NCBI GenBank assembly: GCA_943325195.2 | Contig: CALPON020000001.1 | Coordinates: 1 to 57,774 of the forward strand | DNA: 57,774 bases | Source: Sphingobacterium thalpophilum | GTDB lineage: Bacteria; Bacteroidota; Bacteroidia; B-17B0; Aurantibacillaceae | Direction: 5' to 3' | Part shown: positions 54,823-57,774 of the stretch, piece after piece | Layout: every line of letters begins with the position of its first letter | How positions within the stretch are numbered: the stretch's first letter is position 1 | Translations under genes and position numbers: made by a program | Notes under the pieces: generated by a model | What the model was told of the DNA's origin: nothing | Seen by the model: only the letters and a program-made list of their open reading frames with translations | The model's database searches: none

Positions 54823-57774
54823 ATGCGGCTTTTGCTCCTGCTTGTGTTTTTTTCTACTTTATGTCCTGCACAAGGTAATGGAAGATATCCTTCCTTACTT
54901 TGGAAAATTACAGGCAAAGATATGAAGAAGCCTTCCTATCTCTATGGCACCATGCATGTGAGCAATAGGGTGGCCTGGCATCTGAGTGAAGAGTTTTTTC
55001 AGGCTCTAAAAAGTGTCGACGTGGTAGGACTCGAAACGAATCCTGGACAATGGCTGGATAATATGCAGAAGACGGGGGAACTCTCTGAAATAAGTCGTCC
55101 AAAAGCAAGCATCGGATACCATAATGATTTTTATACCAATGCCTTCCGTCAGGTTTTACCAGAGCGCAAGATGCTACAGGCCGTCCTGAGTTACGATCCC
55201 GATATCATCAATGGTCTGCTATACCGCCAAAACACAGACCGCGAAAATTTTGAAGAGAATACCTACGTTGATCTTTTTATTTTTCAGACTGCTTCTAAAC
55301 TCAATAAGCAGGTGATCAGTTTAGAAGATTTTACTGATGCCGAAATTCAAGCACGGCTTGCCGCGCTGCCGGATGAAGAAAATGAAGAAAATAGTCCGCG
55401 GCAAAGTCCTTCTATCAGCGCCAGCAGGATTGAAGATGCCTACCGGGCTGGTAATTTAGATTTGTTGGATAGCCTGAGTCGACAAATGACTTCCGAAAAT
55501 GCGCAAAAGCATTTGATTACTGCCCGTAACCGTTATTTTGCCGCCAGCATCGACTCTGTCTTACAGCATCAATCACTTTTTAGTGGCGTTGGCGCTGCGC
55601 ATCTGCCGGGATCAGATGGTCTTATTGAAATGCTCCGTCGCAAAGGCTATACCGTGGAGCCAGTCAGCGGCAGTTTCAATAAAAAAAGTCATGGAGAGCG
55701 GGACAAACTTGAAAAGTTAGAAAAGTCGATTGTCTTCACCCGCCAATTCTTGCCGGATTCTGAAGTTTCCGCCGAGCTTCCAGGAAAACTATATCCCATC
55801 TTTGAAAGTCCTGCTCTCAGTTATCATATTCAGCCTGATATGATTAATGGCCACTTTTATACAATTGTCCGGCTTCGTCATCTGGCTGCGATCATGGGAC
55901 AATCGGCCGAAGACATGAGACTGAGAGTGGATAGTCTTTTATTTGAAAACATTGCTGGCAAAATAATTGATAAACGTTTTATCAACTCCGCTGCCGGCTG
56001 GCCTGGTTTGGAAGTTTTGGCACGCACCGCAAGAGGTGACGAACAGCGTTACCGCATTTATTTTAATGATCTAGAGATGTTTCTTTTTAAGCTTGGTGGC
56101 AAGGGGCATTATGCCTCTGGAAAAGAAGCGAATCGTTTCTTCAATTCGATTCATTTTGAAGCAGGAGCGAACCCCACTGACTATTTCTCGCCACCCGCCG
56201 GCGGTTTTAAGTTAAAGTCTAAAGCTCCGGTAAGTTATTTTGCTATTAGCCCCGGTGTGATTGGCTTGACAGAGGAAGCTTTAATTCCTGATAAGGGGCA
56301 AACAATCATACTGCAGCATAGCGTTTATAATGATTTTAGTTATTTGGAGGAAGATACCTTTGAACTCTCACGGCTTGTTAAAAATGTGATTGAGAATAAT
56401 AATTTTCAAGCCAAAGGGGTCTATAGTTTTTCTGATTTTCAGAATCTACCAGCTGTGCGTTTTCAAGCCTACAGTGATAAAGGTCAGAAGTTAGACGGAC
56501 GACTTGTCATCAAAGGCGTTCATTATTATTTATTACTGCAATTTTCAAAAGCAGGGCAGGAGACCGACTATCGTTGTTTTGATTCTTTTGAGCTAACTGA
56601 TTTTAAATCGCTTCATCCTATCCGCAAAATTAGAGACACCGATTTTTTGTTCACTGCCGATGATGAAGTGACTGACGATGAAGCCAGCCGCTTTAATGCC
56701 AGTTATGCGCGTGCCTATCAAAATGAATTTGTTTCCAAAGACACCAAAGGTGAGAAGGATCTTGTATTCCGAAGTGCCTCCAAGCAATATTACTCGCCAA
56801 GCACAAATGAGTATGTCAACATCACGTTTGAAAAATACGATCAGTATGATTACCGAAATAAAAAAGAGTTTATGGCTCACCTCGATTCTGCGTTGGGAAG
56901 GAACAGTGGCATGCGTAGAACCGATTTACAGATAAAAGATGAAAATGGGACACTGACCTATAATTTTATACTAAAGGACACTGCTACTAGCCGAGCCATA
57001 AAAACCCGCTTGATTTTCAGAAATAGTACCATGCATGAACTGTCAGTCCCATATGATACCTTGGCAGGACTGAGTGCTTGGACCGCTGGCTTTTTAAATT
57101 CCTTTACACCGATTGATTCTTCCGCAGGACCAGGTCTCTTTTCGCCCCACTTTGAAGACTTACTTCTGAATTTAAGCAGCAAAGACTCTGTCCTCCAACA
57201 AGAAGCGGTCACCGCACTTTCAGCTATTGGTTATGCAAAGGAATACACAGGAGCATTTTTGGACTTTTTGAAAGGACCTGTGTTTCCACGTTTGGATGAG
57301 GCTGCAAAAGCCCAAATGCTAGTGAGCGGTGGTACATTGAAATCCAACCAAATTATTCCGGTTTACCGTCAACTTTATAAAAACTATACGGATAGTTTTT
57401 TTCTGCAACTGAGCGTCCTTAAGGGTCTGGCTTATTTGCGGACAGAAGAGGCCTATCTAACTTTTGCGCAATTGCTGACGGAAGAGCCGGCTCTGGTTGG
57501 AAATGAAAGCATGGTCAACGATGTGTTTTCGGTGCTGAGGGATTCCGTTTTCCTGTGTAAAAAAATGTTTCCTACTTTACTGAACTTACGTCAGTATGAA
57601 GAATACCGAAGTCCCGTTTATCAATTATTGGCGGATTTAAGCGCCAGGAAACTAATAAGTCCTACTTTGTTGGTGCCACAGCTTCCTTTGATTTTGGAAG
57701 ATGCCATGCTGGCTATTAAACGTCAGGGCCAGGTAAAAACACAAAAAAACAGTAACCGTCAAGAAAATCTGACC
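54823..57774 (+). CDS. TraB/GumN (TIKI-like) family protein with a long C-terminal extension, 3' end outside window
   Basis: Not in the ORF track because it is open-ended. Manual translation gives MRLLLLLVFFSTLCPAQ..SLLWKITG..KPSYLYGTMHV..LE..RN..GVGAAHLPG..GLIEMLRRKGYTV. The frame appears open to the window end but was not checked codon by codon. Confidence 0.85.
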   Translation, partial: MRLLLLLVFFSTLCPAQGNGRYPSLLWKITGKDMKKPSYLYGTMHVSNRVAWHLSEEFFQALKSVDVVGLETNPGQWLDNMQKTGELSEISRPKASIGYHNDFYTNAFRQVLPERKMLQAVLSYDPDIINGLLYRQNTDRENFEENTYVDLFIFQTASKLNKQVISLEDFTDAEIQARLAALPDEENEENSPRQSPSISASRIEDAYRAGNLDLLDSLSRQMTSENAQKHLITARNRYFAASIDSVLQHQSLFSGVGAAHLPGSDGLIEMLRRKGYTVEPVSGSFNKKSHGERDKLEKLEKSIVFTRQFLPDSEVSAELPGKLYPIFESPALSYHIQPDMINGHFYTIVRLRHLAAIMGQSAEDMRLRVDSLLFENIAGKIIDKRFINSAAGWPGLEVLARTARGDEQRYRIYFNDLEMFLFKLGGKGHYASGKEANRFFNSIHFEAGANPTDYFSPPAGGFKLKSKAPVSYFAISPGVIGLTEEALIPDKGQTIILQHSVYNDFSYLEEDTFELSRLVKNVIENNNFQAKGVYSFSDFQNLPAVRFQAYSDKGQKLDGRLVIKGVHYYLLLQFSKAGQETDYRCFDSFELTDFKSLHPIRKIRDTDFLFTADDEVTDDEASRFNASYARAYQNEFVSKDTKGEKDLVFRSASKQYYSPSTNEYVNITFEKYDQYDYRNKKEFMAHLDSALGRNSGMRRTDLQIKDENGTLTYNFILKDTATSRAIKTRLIFRNSTMHELSVPYDTLAGLSAWTAGFLNSFTPIDSSAGPGLFSPHFEDLLLNLSSKDSVLQQEAVTALSAIGYAKEYTGAFLDFLKGPVFPRLDEAAKAQMLVSGGTLKSNQIIPVYRQLYKNYTDSFFLQLSVLKGLAYLRTEEAYLTFAQLLTEEPALVGNESMVNDVFSVLRDSVFLCKKMFPTLLNLRQYEEYRSPVYQLLADLSARKLISPTLLVPQLPLILEDAMLAIKRQGQVKTQKNSNRQENLT

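Overview
This is a compact, gene-dense chromosomal segment from a Bacteroidota bacterium. The assignment is inferred from T9SS components and cargo, TAnnTTTG-type -7 promoter boxes, signal peptides cleaved before Gln, and Bacteroidota-type gene families. I found no rRNA, tRNA, CRISPR array, transposase or prophage. Housekeeping genes include arfB, queE, bshA, apaG, a comEC-like gene, uvrD/pcrA, pyrD, ettA, trxB, HMG-CoA lyase, a USP and an ABC exporter. The most interesting region is a co-oriented minus-strand run at about 4.6-17.0 kb. It encodes a GT-C-like membrane protein, a PorV-family barrel, a 1677-aa PorU-like C25 sortase unusually rich in D-(S/T)-(A/I/L/V/M/T) O-glycosylation sequons, a second GT-C protein, two SAM methyltransferases and a methyltransferase-GT2 fusion. 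This is a candidate second T9SS attachment system or a methylated-glycan protein glycosylation system, and that reading is inference. The window also holds two T9SS M43 proteases, a type-B-CTD adhesin with no neighbouring PorP, an M1 peptidase/HupE/DUF6702-like trio, a small sequon-dense lipoprotein, a solo Cas4-like/DEDD (DUF2779-like) nuclease, a KOW-Smr protein and many apparently leaderless promoters. All family calls come from motif recognition by eye, not database searches. Several start codons were moved downstream relative to the ORF track.
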